Shown: positions 1 through 12,993, numbered from the stretch's first letter. The stretch is 64,000 bases of DNA from Mustelus asterias (GCF_964213995.1 NC_135817.1:66402001-66466000); one strand, 5' to 3'. Notes: a model not told the origin generated them from the letters alone. Program-made: numbers and translations.

Positions 1-3
1 GCG

Positions 4-414
4 TTAAAATTCCAAGGAGCCGACATCCTGCGATGCTCCGGCGCCCTTGGCTGTTTTCTTGGGCAGGAGTTGAGGCTGGATGTTTGGCAGCACTCCTCCC
101 TGGGGAATAGTGACATCTCCCAGGAACCGGAACAGCTCAGCATCATTCCTCACCGCCAGCTGGATGTGGCGAGGGGCGATCCTCCGCTTCTGGTTGTCGC
201 TGGCGGCGGCTCCGGCTAATTCCACTAACTCAGCCACCAGGTATTCCAGCACAGCCGCTAGGTAAACCGATGCCCCGACCCCAATCCTCTCCGCGTAATT
301 CCCCTTCTTCAACAAGCGATTCACTCGGCCAACTGGGAACTGCAAACCCGACCTGGAGGAGCGAGATTTCGGCCCGTTCTTGGGCTTATCCATAACTTGG
401 CCCCGAGCTGCCAT
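4..414 (-). CDS. Divergent histone H2A variant, H2A.X-like (intronless, 136 aa)
   Basis: ORF carries H2A fold motifs ([59 protein letters not shown]). The C-tail is extended ([15 protein letters not shown]) as in H2A.X, with many substitutions versus canonical H2A. Confidence 0.9.
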   Translation of the reverse strand: MAARGQVMDKPKNGPKSRSSRSGLQFPVGRVNRLLKKGNYAERIGVGASVYLAAVLEYLVAELVELAGAAASDNQKRRIAPRHIQLAVRNDAELFRFLGDVTIPQGGVLPNIQPQLLPKKTAKGAGASQDVGSLEF

Positions 415-489
415 TGCTAGCTAGTTACTCTGCTTAAACTACCCCTTAGCGACAGAGGAGATACACCAGCCCAAAGCTCACATAGATGC

Positions 490-543
490 TTAAATAGTGC
501 TCCAACTCAACCCAGCTTCCAAGAGGTCTATTAGTCACCCAAT
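490..543 (-). promoter_or_regulatory. Putative H2A-variant core promoter
   Basis: TATTTAA on the minus strand at 490-496, ~76 bp upstream of the ATG; CCAAT at 539-543; CpG-poor. Confidence 0.4.
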
Positions 544-959
544 AACCTGTCTTTAGAATCATTAAATTGTTCACTGAGGGCTGAGAGAATTGTCAAGTCC
601 CCCTTGAAGTGAACCCTAAAATCAGGATTACTGAAACTGATTAGTCAACAACCTTCCCTCGGTAACGCGGGAATTAGAAATCAAACATTTTGCTGTTACA
701 TTCTGCTAAATGGAATTTTAGGTAATTCCATTGTTAAAGTCCACGGGTTTAATAAACTACCCAATAAACTTCAATTGAACTTTCAACGATGCCTTATTTT
801 GTCACCTTGAATGTTATTTGTCTCTTGTGGGGACCGCGAAATTGGATGTAGTTGCAATTTGGTTTTTGGAGCAAGCAAGGAATGGAATTAGCTTTGTAAT
901 TTTAAGAATGGAGGTTTTTATTTAAACTGTAATGAAAATATTGAAACAGATTTTGTTAT

Positions 960-1120
960 TGTGATTATTACTGCAATTGTATAGGGTGTTGGTGAGGCCA
1001 CGCCACACCTGGAGTATTGTGTGCAGTTTTGGTGTCCTTATCTGAAGAAGGGTGCCTTGCTATAGAGGGAGTGTATCAACGTTTACCAAGTTGATTCCTG
1101 GGATGGCAGGGCTGCCATAT
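960..1120 (+). mobile_element. CR1 LINE fragment
   Basis: Decayed LYRVLVRPHLEYCVQFW-type CR1 ORF2 3' coding sequence. Confidence 0.7.
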
Positions 1121-1216
1121 CGAATATGCAACTGAATAAACCAGTTTAACAATAAGGTCCTACAAGTACTCAGTAAGTACAATAGAGCAAAAAGCACTTG
1201 ATGGCTGACGGAGCAG

Positions 1217-1948
1217 CAATAGAACCATAGAACCATAGAAAATTACAGCTCAGAAACAGGCCTTTTGGCCACTTCTTGTCTGTGCCGAACCATTTTATGC
1301 CTAGTCCCACTGACCTGCACTTGGACCATATCCCTCCACACCCCTCTCATCCATGAACCCGTCCAAGTTTTTCTTAAATGTTAAAAGTGACCCCGCATTT
1401 ACCACTTTATCCGGCAGCCCATTCCACACTCCCACCACTCTCTGCGTGAAGAAGCCCCCCCTAATATTCCCTTTAAACTTTTCTCCTTTCACCCTTAACC
1501 CATGCCCTCTGGTTTTTTTCTCCCCTAGCCTCAGCGGAAAAAGCCTGCTTGCATTCACTCTATCTATACCCATCAAAATCTTATACACCTCTATCAAATC
1601 TCCCCTCAATCTTCTACGCTCCAGGGAATAAAGTCCCAACCTATTCAATCTCTCTCTGTAACTCAGCTTCTCAAGTGCCGGCAACATCCTTGTGAACCTT
1701 CTCTGCACTCTTTCAATCTTATTTACATCCTTCCTGTAACTAGGTGACCAAAACTGTACACAATACTCCAAATTCGGCCTCACCAATGCCTTATATAACC
1801 TTACCATAACACTCCAACTTTTATACTCGATACTCCGATTTATAAAGGCCAATGTACCAAAGGCACTCTTTACGACCCTATCCACCTGTGACGTCACTTT
1901 TAGGCAATTCTGTACCTGTATTCCCAGATCCCTCTGTTCAACTGCACT
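1217..1948 (-). mobile_element. Young 5'-truncated CR1 LINE
   Basis: Uninterrupted 216-aa ORF (LYKALVRPNLEYCVQFWSP, LERRRLRGDLIEVYKI, TRGHGL, FFTQRVVGVWN) followed by a 3' UTR and an (CTATGGTT)n tail near 1217-1240. Confidence 0.92.
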
Positions 1949-2511
1949 CACAATATGCCACAGGTAATGTGAATGGTGTATTTGCAGCTTGGGAGAGGAG
2001 CTTAAAGGTTCATAACATTGGCTTCTTCAAGGTAAACATGAAAAACAATGCTGATGTCTGATCGTTATTACAGAATGCCATCACAGGACTACTGAACAGG
2101 AATGAGAGTTGCAGTGCTCAAGGATGCAGCCATCTGCAAAAATTAGTATGGAGAATGAAAAATGGAGTATTAGTGGAAAGAGCAGGTTTGTGCAAATTAA
2201 ATTATATATGGTTTGATGGGAGAGATTATAGAGATTTCCCACACCAAATTAATGTCATATTCCCCACTTGTATTTAAAGGCAAAATATAGAAATATGCAA
2301 CATGTAATATCCCTTACTTCCTCCATATGGGAAAGTTTTGGTTCATATTGTCAGGGGGAAGAGTTTAGAAAGTCTGCAAAGAATAGTATGTCCATAGTCA
2401 AGACTGTTCCAGGCATTTGAGTTCATGCAAGGAGAAATGTTCTTGTACATTTGTCCTCTTAATGGAACAAGGTGAGTCCAGTAGATCAACTGTATTGATA
2501 GAACATCACTG

Positions 2512-3329
2512 TGTTGCGAAGTTGAGTAGAATGTTAGAAGTTGGTGTTTGTAAAATTATAAAAAATTGTAAAATGTTAAAAGAAAGCATTTCATAGTTCT
2601 ACTTAAAAAATTGTATTTTTTTAAAAAAAGAGATGCAGGTGCAAATGCAAGTACACAGAGAGCGTGGAGTAAAACATTGTATCAAGAGGCTAGGCAATAG
2701 TGTTGTCAAGAGAACAGAAAACAATCAGTTTAAACTAGGCATTTGAATAACAGCAGCCTATCAGATTTGAATTTGATGTTTGGTTAACTGTAAACCAATC
2801 CTATTGTGGGGATGTTGCTATGTCATCAGAGGTGTAACATCCAGCTCCCAGTTCCAGAGAGTCAGCCAGCAACTGCCTCTATCACAGCTTCAGAGAGAGA
2901 CAGCCAGTAACTAATGTCGGCCAGTGTAACAGCTACATTTATGTCTTAAAAGAAAGCCTCATCTCAATAGTATAGACAGAAGATTCTGGAAGATAAAACC
3001 TGGTCATGTTTTGAGAGTAACTAAAAATTCAATTTTTTTTTTGTTAATAAGTGGGAACTGTATTTATCTAAACAGCATTCCATTAGAATAGTGTTTTATT
3101 TGGTTTATTACTAGTTTAGTTAACCTGTTCACTTAGTTAATAAATAAAGTGTTACTTGTTGCTTTTACAGAGAGAGTCTCGGGTAGTTATTTTGATTTAA
3201 TGACTAAAAGTTGCTGAAGAGCAGATTGTACCCCATCTCTCACACTCTTTAACAGATTATGAAGTGAGGTACTTCTCTTTGGTTGAGTGTTAGTTCTTAG
3301 AGAGGAGATCAACCTCCCCCTTCATAACA
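2512..3329 (+). mobile_element. Solo LTR
   Basis: Starts TGTTGCGAAG and ends CTTCATAACA (imperfect terminal inverted repeat, TG..CA). 4-bp TSD ACTG at 2508-2511 and 3330-3333. Internal AATAAA near 3141-3147. Strand inferred. Confidence 0.7.
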
Positions 3330-3699
3330 ACTGTCACTAGCCCACTTGAGTTAGGCAGAAGCGCAGCTGCCTGCATTATGGACAGCATGGGACACCAAAT
3401 AATGATGAGATGTGCACTGGGGGGTGGGGGAATCAATTATCCCAAGTGCTCCTGAATTGTAAGGTCAAACAGACTGTAGGAAAGTCTTAAAACAAAAGTT
3501 AAAGTACAGAATCCAGACTAGTTGATCACCTACCCTGACATCCCAGCCCCACACCATAAACATAATAATGGAGGGAAATGTGGCTATTGAGTAGATGGGA
3601 CCTCACTCAAGCAGGCTATTGGAACAGTCTGGGAACATGTGTCACAAATGTTCCCACTGGTTTTGGGAATCTTTTGAAGGGATTCTGTAAGTTCACTGA

Positions 3700-4015
3700 T
3701 TCGTAGAATCTTTACAATGCGGAAGGAGACTATTTAGCCCATCGAGTCTGCACCAACTCTCCAACAGAACATCTTGCCCAAGCCCTTTCCCCATAATCCC
3801 GTGCATTTACCATGCTAACGTATACATCTTGGGATGCTAAGGGACAATTTAGCATAGCCAATCAACCTAACCTGCACATCTTTGGACTGTGGGTGAAAAC
3901 CAGAGGAAACCCATGCAGAAATGGTGAGAATGTGCAAACTCCACACAGTCTCCCAAGACTGGTATCAAACCCAGGTCCCTGGTGCTGTGGGACAGCAGTG
4001 CTAGCCACCGTGCCG
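3700..4015 (-). mobile_element. HE1-like SINE, CR1-type tail
   Basis: tRNA-like head, V-domain core (gatgtgcaggttagg..ggctatgctaaattgtcc) and CR1-like tail. Confidence 0.8.
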
Positions 4016-4515
4016 CTCATTCAAGCACAAACATGTTGGTGAAGACTTTGGGAAGATGCCCTTCGCTAGTGGTAAGAATGGACTAATAACTGCAGCCAAC
4101 TGACAATCATATCAGCAGTAGTTTTGTTGGAGACATAGAGGAAGAGCATTCAGCCAATCTAGCTAAAAGATTTTATTGCACCTCTTGGATTATCCACCAA
4201 GTGTCAGACATGATTTTCTGTCCAAATTTATTTTTAAAAGCTGGTTACTTCCTGCTGATTGGTGACATTTTCTCCAGCAAGAAAACCTTAGTAGTTGTCC
4301 ATGTCCACCAACATGATCTGAGGCCTTGGTGATTTAGCAGGCCCTACATATCAGCTTTTAATCATAGCTTGATGTTTCTCTCCTTGTAAAAGTGTATCCT
4401 CAAATCTACGTCGGTAATGTTTGAAGGTGGTCTAATTTTGTTTTAAAATTCTTATAAAAGGGACCAGATTTCAGTGTTTCAATGACGATCAACCACGCGG
4501 ACTTCAATGTTGCAG

Positions 4516-4639
4516 TTTATTGTGTCAATATTATTGCCTTTTAGACACCTCCACACTGCACTGTCCCCTGAACAAATTTGTTTTAAATTTTTAAAAATTT
4601 CATGAGAAATTTATGTCATTTAAAACTGAAGATTTTATT
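4516..4639 (-). promoter_or_regulatory. NIT2: Candidate NIT2 polyadenylation signals
   Basis: AATAAA on the minus strand at 4634-4639 and 4516-4521, downstream of the stop codon. Confidence 0.5.
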
Positions 4640-4803
4640 ACAATTCCCTCTTAATAATCCATCACTCTATATATAGAAAAACTGATGTTTTGCGCATTTA
4701 CAGTTTTAAAGTCTATAAAGAAATTCTTGAGGCGACTGGAAGATTTGTGATTCCGTGAACTGCAACTGACTGAAGGACCCGACCGATTGCAAGGTTATGA
4801 TAC

Positions 4804-4895
4804 TCAATCTTGCACAGCCTGAACGCTGTAGAGATCATTGCGTTTCTGCTTGAGAATTGGTATCTGTTGACGGATGTCCGAAAGATATTTCAAAT
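4804..4895 (-). CDS. NIT2: NIT2 exon 10 (last coding exon)
   Basis: cag acceptor; (D)[32 protein letters not shown]; 92 nt. Confidence 0.93.
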
Positions 4896-5552
4896 CTGTT
4901 CAGAGGAAAATGGAATACGCAAAATTTAAATTTCAATGCAGTGTCTGTCTGAGGAAATAATACAATGTCTTCCTGAATAGAACATAACCAGCTGTATTAG
5001 TTAGGGTTTCTTGGGTATATATCTGCTTCAGAGAAGAGTGGTGTGAGCCATTTTTATTTGCCACTTACTGCAACATTTGAAACTGATATAATGACGAAAG
5101 CTAAATTCAAAAGTAATCTTAAATGATCACATCCAGTACATGTTTCTGAGGTAAATATTTGTCTGGCAGGACAAAGTACAGAGAACTCTGGGGGTCGCAG
5201 GGTTTCAGAGGTTTGCTGGAATGGAATTTCAAATTATAAATTCAAAGTATTGTATATAACACTGTAAATATATATTTTCTAAGAAGCATGTTTCTTGGGA
5301 CAAATGCTTAATTAAAAATAAAGCAACTTTCTTATTTTATCAAAGTGTAAATTAAAAAAGAGCCAATTTATAAAACAATTAAGTACTTTTGAAATGTAGT
5401 CACTGTTGAAAAGGCCTATTGGCAATTATTCACTTGAAGTGAACATGACTACAAGGTAAGGTATAGGAGGGAGGGCTACCAAGTGACTGAGGATCTACAA
5501 GTCATCTTGAGGAGAGCAGAAGGGAAAATTAGGAATTCACAATTGCAATCCA

Positions 5553-5830
5553 ATTGCTGCCTCACAGCGCCAGGGACCTGGGTCCGATTCCCGGCTGGAG
5601 TCACTGTCTGTGCAGAGTCTGCACGTTCTCCCCGTGTCTGTGTGGGTTTCCTCCAGGTGCCCCGGTTTCCTCCCACTATCCAAGGATGTGGGGGCCAGGT
5701 GGATTGGCCATACTAAATTCTCCCTCAGTGTATCCGAACGGGTGCCGGAGTGTGGCGGCTAGGGGATTTTCACAGTAACTTCATTGCAGTGTTAATGTAA
5801 GCCTACTTGTGACACTAAACTTTCAACTTT
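5553..5830 (+). mobile_element. HE1-like SINE with alternative tail (..gtaagcctacttgtgac..)
   Basis: Same head and core as the other SINE copies; different 3' tail. Confidence 0.8.
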
Positions 5831-6065
5831 AAGATAAGACCCACCCTCTAGAGACCAGAAAGAGCGTGAACAAGCAAGAGGCTGAAAAGGGGGATCAAAC
5901 TGATCCATTTTTTCACATCAAAGTACTGACCACAAACTGAGCATAGATCATCTATCCCTCCAGATTGAAGAATTAGGTAAGAAAAGCAATAAAGGAGAGG
6001 GATGTTTTTTCCTACATATTTAATTATAAATCTGATACGAGGTAAGCTTTTCAGCAGAATCTTAC

Positions 6066-6121
6066 CTATATCTGCATATACAATGGTCTCCTCAGGACCA
6101 GCTTTGGTTATCACTTCTCCC
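6066..6121 (-). CDS. NIT2: NIT2 exon 9
   Basis: ag/gt flanks; (W)GEVITKAGPEETIVYADI; 56 nt. Confidence 0.93.
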
Positions 6122-6254
6122 CTGAAAAGACAAGAAACAGATGCACATAAAATGTCTGATTTTAGGTGCTTGATAAGCAAAATTGTTTTTCTAAAATTAA
6201 TGTTTATAAAAGTGGACAATTAAAAATGGAATGAACTTCTAGACAGCTTTTTAA

Positions 6255-7040
6255 AAATTCATTCAAGAGATGTGGGCTTTGCTGGCGAGACCAGCATTTA
6301 TAGCCCATCACCAATAGCCCTTGAAGGTGGTGATGAGCTGCCTTCTTGAACCACTGCAGTCCAGGTGGTGTAGGTGCATCCACAGTGTTGTTAGGGAGGC
6401 AGTTCCAGGATTCTGACCAAGCAACAGAAAAGGTACGCTGGTATATTTCCAATTCAGGATGGTGAGTGATTTGAAGGGGACCTTCCGGGTGCCTTTTTTC
6501 TTCTAGATGGTAGCGGCCGTGGGTTTGGAAGGTGCTGCCTAAAAAGCCTTGTTGAGTTTCTGTAGTCCATCATGTAGATTTGTCTCTACTATGTCCATGG
6601 TGGAGGGACTGAATGTTTGTGGATGGAATGCCAATCAAGCAGATTGCTTTGCTCAGATTGGTATCTAGTTGTAGGGGCTGCAGTCATTGAGGCAAATGGA
6701 GAGTATTCCATTGCACTCCTGACTTGTCTTGTCGATGGTGAACAGGCTTTGGGGAGTCAGGAGGCGAGTTACTTGCTGCAAGATTCTTGCCTCTGACCTG
6801 CTCTTGTAGCTACAGTATTTATATGGCTAGTCCAGTTCTGGTCAATGGTTAAGCCCCCAGGACGTGTTAGTGGAGGATACAGCAATGGTGACACCATCGA
6901 ATGTCAAGGGGCAATGGTTGGATTCTCACTTGTTGGAGATGGTCATTGACTGGCACATGTGTAGCACAAATGTTACCTGTCTCCTGTCAGCCCAAGCCTG
7001 GGTAATGTCCAGGTCTTGCTGCATTTGGACACGCACTGCC
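6255..7040 (-). mobile_element. Decayed L2/CR1-group LINE 3' part
   Basis: WNCLPNNTVDAPTPPGLQWFKKAAHHHL-like remnant; 3' end shared with the Deu-type SINE tails in this window. Confidence 0.65.
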
Positions 7041-7166
7041 CTTAATAGAGGCAAAACTCTAGAATTGTGTAAGAAACAAGCAAATGCTGCAATGGGAGGT
7101 AATTTCTGGATGAGTTAAAACAGACCGAATGACTTTTCTTGTCCACAATTATCGTGAAATACGTAC

Positions 7167-7265
7167 CAAGGGTTTACTATACTGCTGTGGCCCCATGCCA
7201 CGTAGGAATCATTCTCATTTCGCGCAGGTGATACTGCTGCTATATACACCTGATTGTCAACAGCC
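7167..7265 (-). CDS. NIT2: NIT2 exon 8
   Basis: (R)AVDNQVYIAAVSPARNENDSYVAWGHSSIVNP; 99 nt; ag/gt. Confidence 0.95.
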
Positions 7266-8011
7266 CTGTTAACAGATAAAAAAGCAATTTAACAAAAATG
7301 CAGTATTTATTGTAAATTTCTACAGGATCTAAAAAGCATTGTAGATCTATAATGTTAGACTACATGAACTAAGAAGTACACCAGTTCCCCTGCTTGGTGC
7401 TCTCCCCACCATTGTTACATTATTAAAGAGTTCTCTGATCTTTTAGCTTCCAGTTCTGACAAAGTGGGGGGAATTTTCTTGTCCTGCCTGCCACCAAAAT
7501 CAGGTAGGTGGGTGGGTGGGTGGGCAGGCAGGCGGGGAAGGATATGGGACAAGGGACCATGCAAAGATCTGTTGACCTCGGGCAGAATTTTCCAGTTTTG
7601 GGGTGAGCGTGGTTGGAAAATCCTGCCCAGTGTCTTTACCCTAAAGATTAATTAATCTTTCCTGCTGAACCTTCCACATTTCCAACATGTTCAGTTTTGA
7701 CTCCAATTTTACAATGTTTTCAATTTTTTAAAAAAAGTACTGACTATGAATCCAACATGGGAACATCAAGTAATTCCATCGTTCTCATTAAAAATGGGGG
7801 TTACTTTGAACAACATGATCACCATATTAAGTACATATAATTGCACACTAGTAATCTTGTTAAACTGGTTGTTTTGTGCCATTAAATAAGTCTTAAAAGT
7901 TTATAATTCATCACTTCTTAAGATTTACTATTATTTTAATCCTTGCTTAAAAAATAAAATGACCACCTCTATTCCCTCTTGCAATCCACACAGGTATTTG
8001 TTGCCATGTAC

Positions 8012-8090
8012 CTTGCTCTTTGTAAGAGTTTCCAATGGGCTGGGCCTGTTGTCATGTTGAATGCTCCAGGATAAACTAGAAGTTGGCAGC
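8012..8090 (-). CDS. NIT2: NIT2 exon 7
   Basis: (G)[25 protein letters not shown]; 79 nt; ag/gt. Confidence 0.95.
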
Positions 8091-8569
8091 CTGCAGAGTA
8101 CATTTTTTAAAAAAAATGTAGTTTTGTAACAGCTGACCCACAATAATTTTAATACAAGAGCTCACTGATGGTCGCTAAATAGTTGGCAGCTACCAAAGAG
8201 GGGAAGAGGAACACCAGTTACATCAGCAGCAATGATCGAGAAACAGCTACAGGGGCTTTATTCACCATTTCAGCTTAGCGTCCTCATGATACCTAGCTCA
8301 CAGCATAGGACAAACTGCTGGCATTCACCCATATCTCTAGATAGAGGAGCAAATACTGTCTTGGGCAACCGTCCAACTGACTGTCCTGATAACTGAGACC
8401 TCGCCACAGGATCTTATACATCGGTATGTGAGATCGAACAAAGCTTCAATTTAACATCTCGCCTAAAAGACAACACGTTTGACCATACATCATTGAACTG
8501 CAAGGAGGAAGTCAACACTTGGGCACATAATAGCTTTACACTGCACAACATAATTCCTCTTTTACTTGC

Positions 8570-8644
8570 CTCTTTTGGTGTAAATTTGAGCAAGTTCTGC
8601 GAACCTCAAATCATAACAGATCCCAATCCCAATCTTGCAGTAGG
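8570..8644 (-). CDS. NIT2: NIT2 exon 6 (catalytic Cys; GC donor)
   Basis: (P)[24 protein letters not shown]; 75 nt; followed by AG|GCAAGT. Confidence 0.93.
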
Positions 8645-9379
8645 CTGCAAAGAGAGATAAAGATAAAAAATGATTAAGGCATGACCAAGCATGATTTTAG
8701 TGTGTGTGTGTGGCTGTAAATGGCATGACAGCTCAATTCATTTGTTTAATATTGTCATAAACTTCAATTCTGCCAAGCCTAACACACAATTTACCTTTTT
8801 CTCTACTGTCACCATTTCAATCATTTTCAGCATTGGAATTGAAAAACATTAGCCGTATTGGTGTTAAAAGACTCTAAATTGTGATTCATATACAGTTCAC
8901 TTCAATCATTCACATCCAAAGTTAAAGTTGTACAAGGACTTTATAAACACCCCATGTGTAAATATATATTAGCATGAATTCATATTTACAATTGTCCACA
9001 CAGCAAGTTCCGAGTCTCTTTCAAACCTATTAGGGAAGATTTAAAATGCAGTCTGACTACTTCAGTGAAGTGGGTGTAAAAGAGGGAAATAGACCAGTGG
9101 GAAAATAATGTCCAGCATTGTCACATATCTAGTAACTGAGTACTGACGCCAGATGTTTTTATGCAGAGAATGGTTTTATGTGAACTGTGATACTCTATTG
9201 TGTGAAGTTCCTGAGCACATCTGGAATCCTGTCCTTGGATAGTATCTTATCCGCAGCGGAATGCCAGCTTTTGGATGGCAGAGACCAAAGAGGGGACGGA
9301 TAGGATTTGTAGAAACCACTGACATTCAGCAAGAATCACAAGCCATTGTTTGCAATGGGAATTATTAGTGTTTATTATG

Positions 9380-9645
9380 ATTTATTAGTGTCACAAGTAG
9401 GTTTACATTAACACTGCAATGAAGTCACTGTGAAAATCCCCTAGTCGCCACACGGTGCTTGTTCGGGTGCACTGGGAGAGAATTTAGCATAGCCAATGCA
9501 TCTTACCAGCACTTTCAGACTGTGGGAGGGAACCGGCACACTCCGAGGAAACCCGTGCAGACTGTGCACAGACAGTGACCCAAGCCAGGAATCGAATCCA
9601 GGTCGTTGGCGCTATGAGGCAGCAGTGCTAACCACTGTGCCGCCC
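9380..9645 (-). mobile_element. HE1-like SINE (alternative tail)
   Basis: Head and tail match the other copies. Confidence 0.75.
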
Positions 9646-10121
9646 AATTAACAGGAATTATGGAGTGTTCACACGTGATGGTTACAGCTAATTGGATATA
9701 GATAGATAAATTAAAGCTTAAACTGAAAACCCAATTGAAATGTTTAATTTATCATGTTCACATCTGTTTTTAAAACAATTACTTTAAACCTTCCATATGG
9801 CTTGATTTCTTGACTGACAAGGTGGACAATAGACTAACAATTTGGTATCTGCCAATACCCTCGGTAACGAGTATACAGGCACTATGATTTGCTCACCAGC
9901 CAATTTCTCTCTTTTTAACAGGAGGTTGGCTTGTACTTGAGAGTTTCACCCAACAATCTAATCGAAAATCTCCATGTGAAAAATAATAGGTATTAAATTG
10001 CATCTCACACCAAGCAACTGCAGCACAAGTGACACTGTTCCGAATTTAAATAGGACAGACTTGTGTAATTCCAGCCCTTGCATGGAATCATATATTCAAA
10101 GGTCTCACTGTTTTTACTCAC

Positions 10122-10215
10122 GGGTATCAAAGGTGCATAGTTTGTTGCCAGGAGAGAGTGTCTCAGATTCCCGGAAACAGATTTTCCCAGGTACGTCAAT
10201 ATCAAACAGGTGAAT
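10122..10215 (-). CDS. NIT2: NIT2 exon 5
   Basis: [31 protein letters not shown]; 94 nt; cag/gtgagt. Confidence 0.95.
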
Positions 10216-10244
10216 CTGATTCAAATACACAACATGGGCAGTTA

Positions 10245-10725
10245 GTGCTTTATTATTGTCACATGTATTAGTATACAGTGAAAAGTATTGCTTCTTGCGT
10301 GCTATACAGACAAAACATACCCTTCATAGAGAAGGAAAAAGAGCGTGCAGAATGTAGTGTTACAGTCATAGCTAGGGTGTAGAGAAAGATCAACTTAATG
10401 CGAGGTAGGTCCATTCAAAAGTCTGATGGCAACATGGAAGAAGCTGTTTTTGAGTCGGTTGGTACGTGACCTCAGAATTTTGTATCTTTTTCCCGACGGA
10501 AGAAGGTGGAGGAGTGAATATCCGGGGTGCATGGGGTCATTAATTACGCTGGCTGCTTTGCCGAGGCAGTGGGAAGTGTAGACAGAGTCAATGGATGGGA
10601 GGCTGGATACATGATGGATTGGGCTACATTCACGACCTTTTGTTATTTCTTGCGGTCTTGGGCAGAACAGGAGCCACAAGCTGTGATACAACCAGAAAGA
10701 ATGCTTTCTATCGTGCCTCTGTAAA
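10245..10725 (-). mobile_element. Rex1/Babar-like LINE 3' end
   Basis: HPGYSLLHLLPSGKRYKILRSRTNRLKNSFF is the typical C-terminus of this group, followed by a 3' UTR ending in aataataaa. Confidence 0.7.
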
Positions 10726-11079
10726 CGTGGGTCATTTTTTAGTGATTAACAAACTTGCAAATTTCTGAAGATATTTTGATGTTCGAAATGGTTAATCTGC
10801 TCGGTTTCATTCAGTGATATGTGCCTGTGGACAGACACTTGCCTTGCTATATATTTTTAAAATTTTACTGCTGTTGGCCGAAGATATTAAATTGTGCATC
10901 ATTCCTCATACTACGTGAGCACTGGCAAAACTCAAGACCGGCAAAGGCAATTCCACACTGGCATCTCTGTCGTTCAGATCCTGGGAAAGCAAGATCCAAA
11001 TATGGGCCTACGATTCAGTCATCAGCAAAAGTGGGACAGTTGTTGCTCCTTTCAAATCCAAGCATTAATCTAAACGTTA

Positions 11080-11815
11080 ATCATAGAATCCCCACAGTGC
11101 AGAAGGAGGCCATTCGGCCCACTGAGTCTGCACCGACTCTCGGACAGAGCAGCTTACCCAGGCCCTATTCCAGTAACCCGACACACTTACCCTGTTAAAC
11201 CCCTCACCTACACATTCTGGGACACTAAGGGTCAATTTCAGATGGACAATCCACCTAACCTGCACATCTTTGGACTTTGGGAGAAAACCCATGGGGAGAA
11301 GGTGCAAACTCCACATAGACAGTGACCCAAGGCTGGAATTGAACCTGGGTCCCTGGTGCTGTGTGAGGCAGCAGAGCTAACCACTGTGCCACCATGCCTT
11401 CAGGTGTTCCCCACTCCCACCATCAGTTTGAACAATGATATCCAGTCTTAATTGAACTGTTTGTTTATTATTGGTTTCAAAACTTCATGTCTATGACTTC
11501 AGACAAAGTGCAGCTTCTAAAGTAAAGATTTTATTTATTAGTGTCACAAGTAGGCTTACATTCACACTGCAATTAAGTTACTGTGAAAATCCCCTAGTCG
11601 CCACACTCTGGCGCCTGTTCGGGTACACTGAGGAAGAATTTAACGTGGCCAATGCACTCAATCTGCACATCTTTGGACTGTGAGAGGAAACCGGAGCACC
11701 CGGAGGAAACCTACGCAGACACGGAGAGAATTGTGCAAACTCCACACAGACAGTGACCCAAGCCAGGTCCCTGGAGCTGTGAGGAAGCAGTGCAAACCAC
11801 TGTGCCTCCGTGCCG
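11080..11815 (-). mobile_element. Two adjacent HE1-like SINEs (11080-11398 and 11520-11815)
   Basis: One copy of each tail type. Confidence 0.8.
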
Positions 11816-11959
11816 CTCCTTCTTTGATCTAAGCTGCCATTTTACCTGGCAGATTTCTAACATGGTTCTATATACACTGAGCTTGGTCCTGCTCCACTTC
11901 AATGGAAACATCCTAAATTATTTTATTATTTTTCAAAGGTAAATTTTAAAACAATGCAA

Positions 11960-12640
11960 GATAAAGGATGCCCTTGTGCACCAGTCACTGAAGGTAAACA
12001 TGCAGGTGCAGCAGGCAGTAAAGAAGTCAAATGGTATGTTGGCCTTCATTGCGAGAGGTTTCGAGTACAGGAGCAGAGATGTGTTGTTGCAATTATACAG
12101 GGCCTTGGTGAGGCCACACCTAGAGTATTGTTTGCCGTTTTGGTCTCCTTTTCCGAGGAAGGATGTTCTTGCTCTCGAGGGAATGCAACGAAGGTTTACC
12201 AGGCTGATTCCAGGGATGGTGGGACTGATGTATGAGGAGAGATTGACTAGGTTAGGATTGTTTTTGCTGGAGTTCAGACAAATGAGGGGGATCTCATAGA
12301 GACTTATAAAATTCTAACATGACTAGACAGGGTAGATGCAGGGAGGATGTTCCCGATGGTGAGGGTGTCCAGAACCAGGGGTCATAGTTTGAGGATTCAG
12401 GGTAGACCATTTAGGACGGAGGTGAAGAGATATTTCTTTAGCCAAAGAGTGGTGAGCCTGTGGAATTCATTACCACAGGAAGTAGTTGATACCAAAAACA
12501 TTCAAGAGACAGCTAGATATAGCACTTGGAGCGAATAGGATCAAATGTTATGGGGGGGAAAAGGCAAGATTAGGCTATTGAGTTGGATGCTCGTAATAAA
12601 TGGCAGAGCAGGCTCGAAGGCCCTTATCTTCCGTGTTTCT
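11960..12640 (+). mobile_element. CR1 LINE 3' fragment
   Basis: LYRALVRPHLEYCLPFWSP and TRGHSLRI..FFSQRVVSLWN, with frameshifts. Confidence 0.88.
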
Positions 12641-12993
12641 AAAATCTTCAAGCAAATTCACCCAAAACGAGAACTCACTAAATGTTTTTTGACTTGTTGC
12701 ATACGTTCTTTATGTATGCCTTTGTCTCAAAAACAGCTTCAGCAGGAAGAAGCATCAAATAGATTTGAAAACGAACGTGGATGTCTGAGCTGTGCCAACA
12801 CTGAATGTCACAACATAAGTTTCTCTTAATTCTGCAATTTGGATTTGGATACAGGTGCCAAGTATTCCTGATTGTTAACTAAGGATCAATCAGATTTATA
12901 TGGGGGGGGGGGGGGGGGGGGGAGTGAAGAGAGGGGGTTTGGGGTCTGTAACTGATAGGAATGGCATAGACAAAAAGACAGGGGGAATGTAAA

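Noticed and set aside
1301-1951. 216-aa ORF as a host gene
   Set aside because: It is the CR1 ORF2 C-terminus followed by the CR1 tail.
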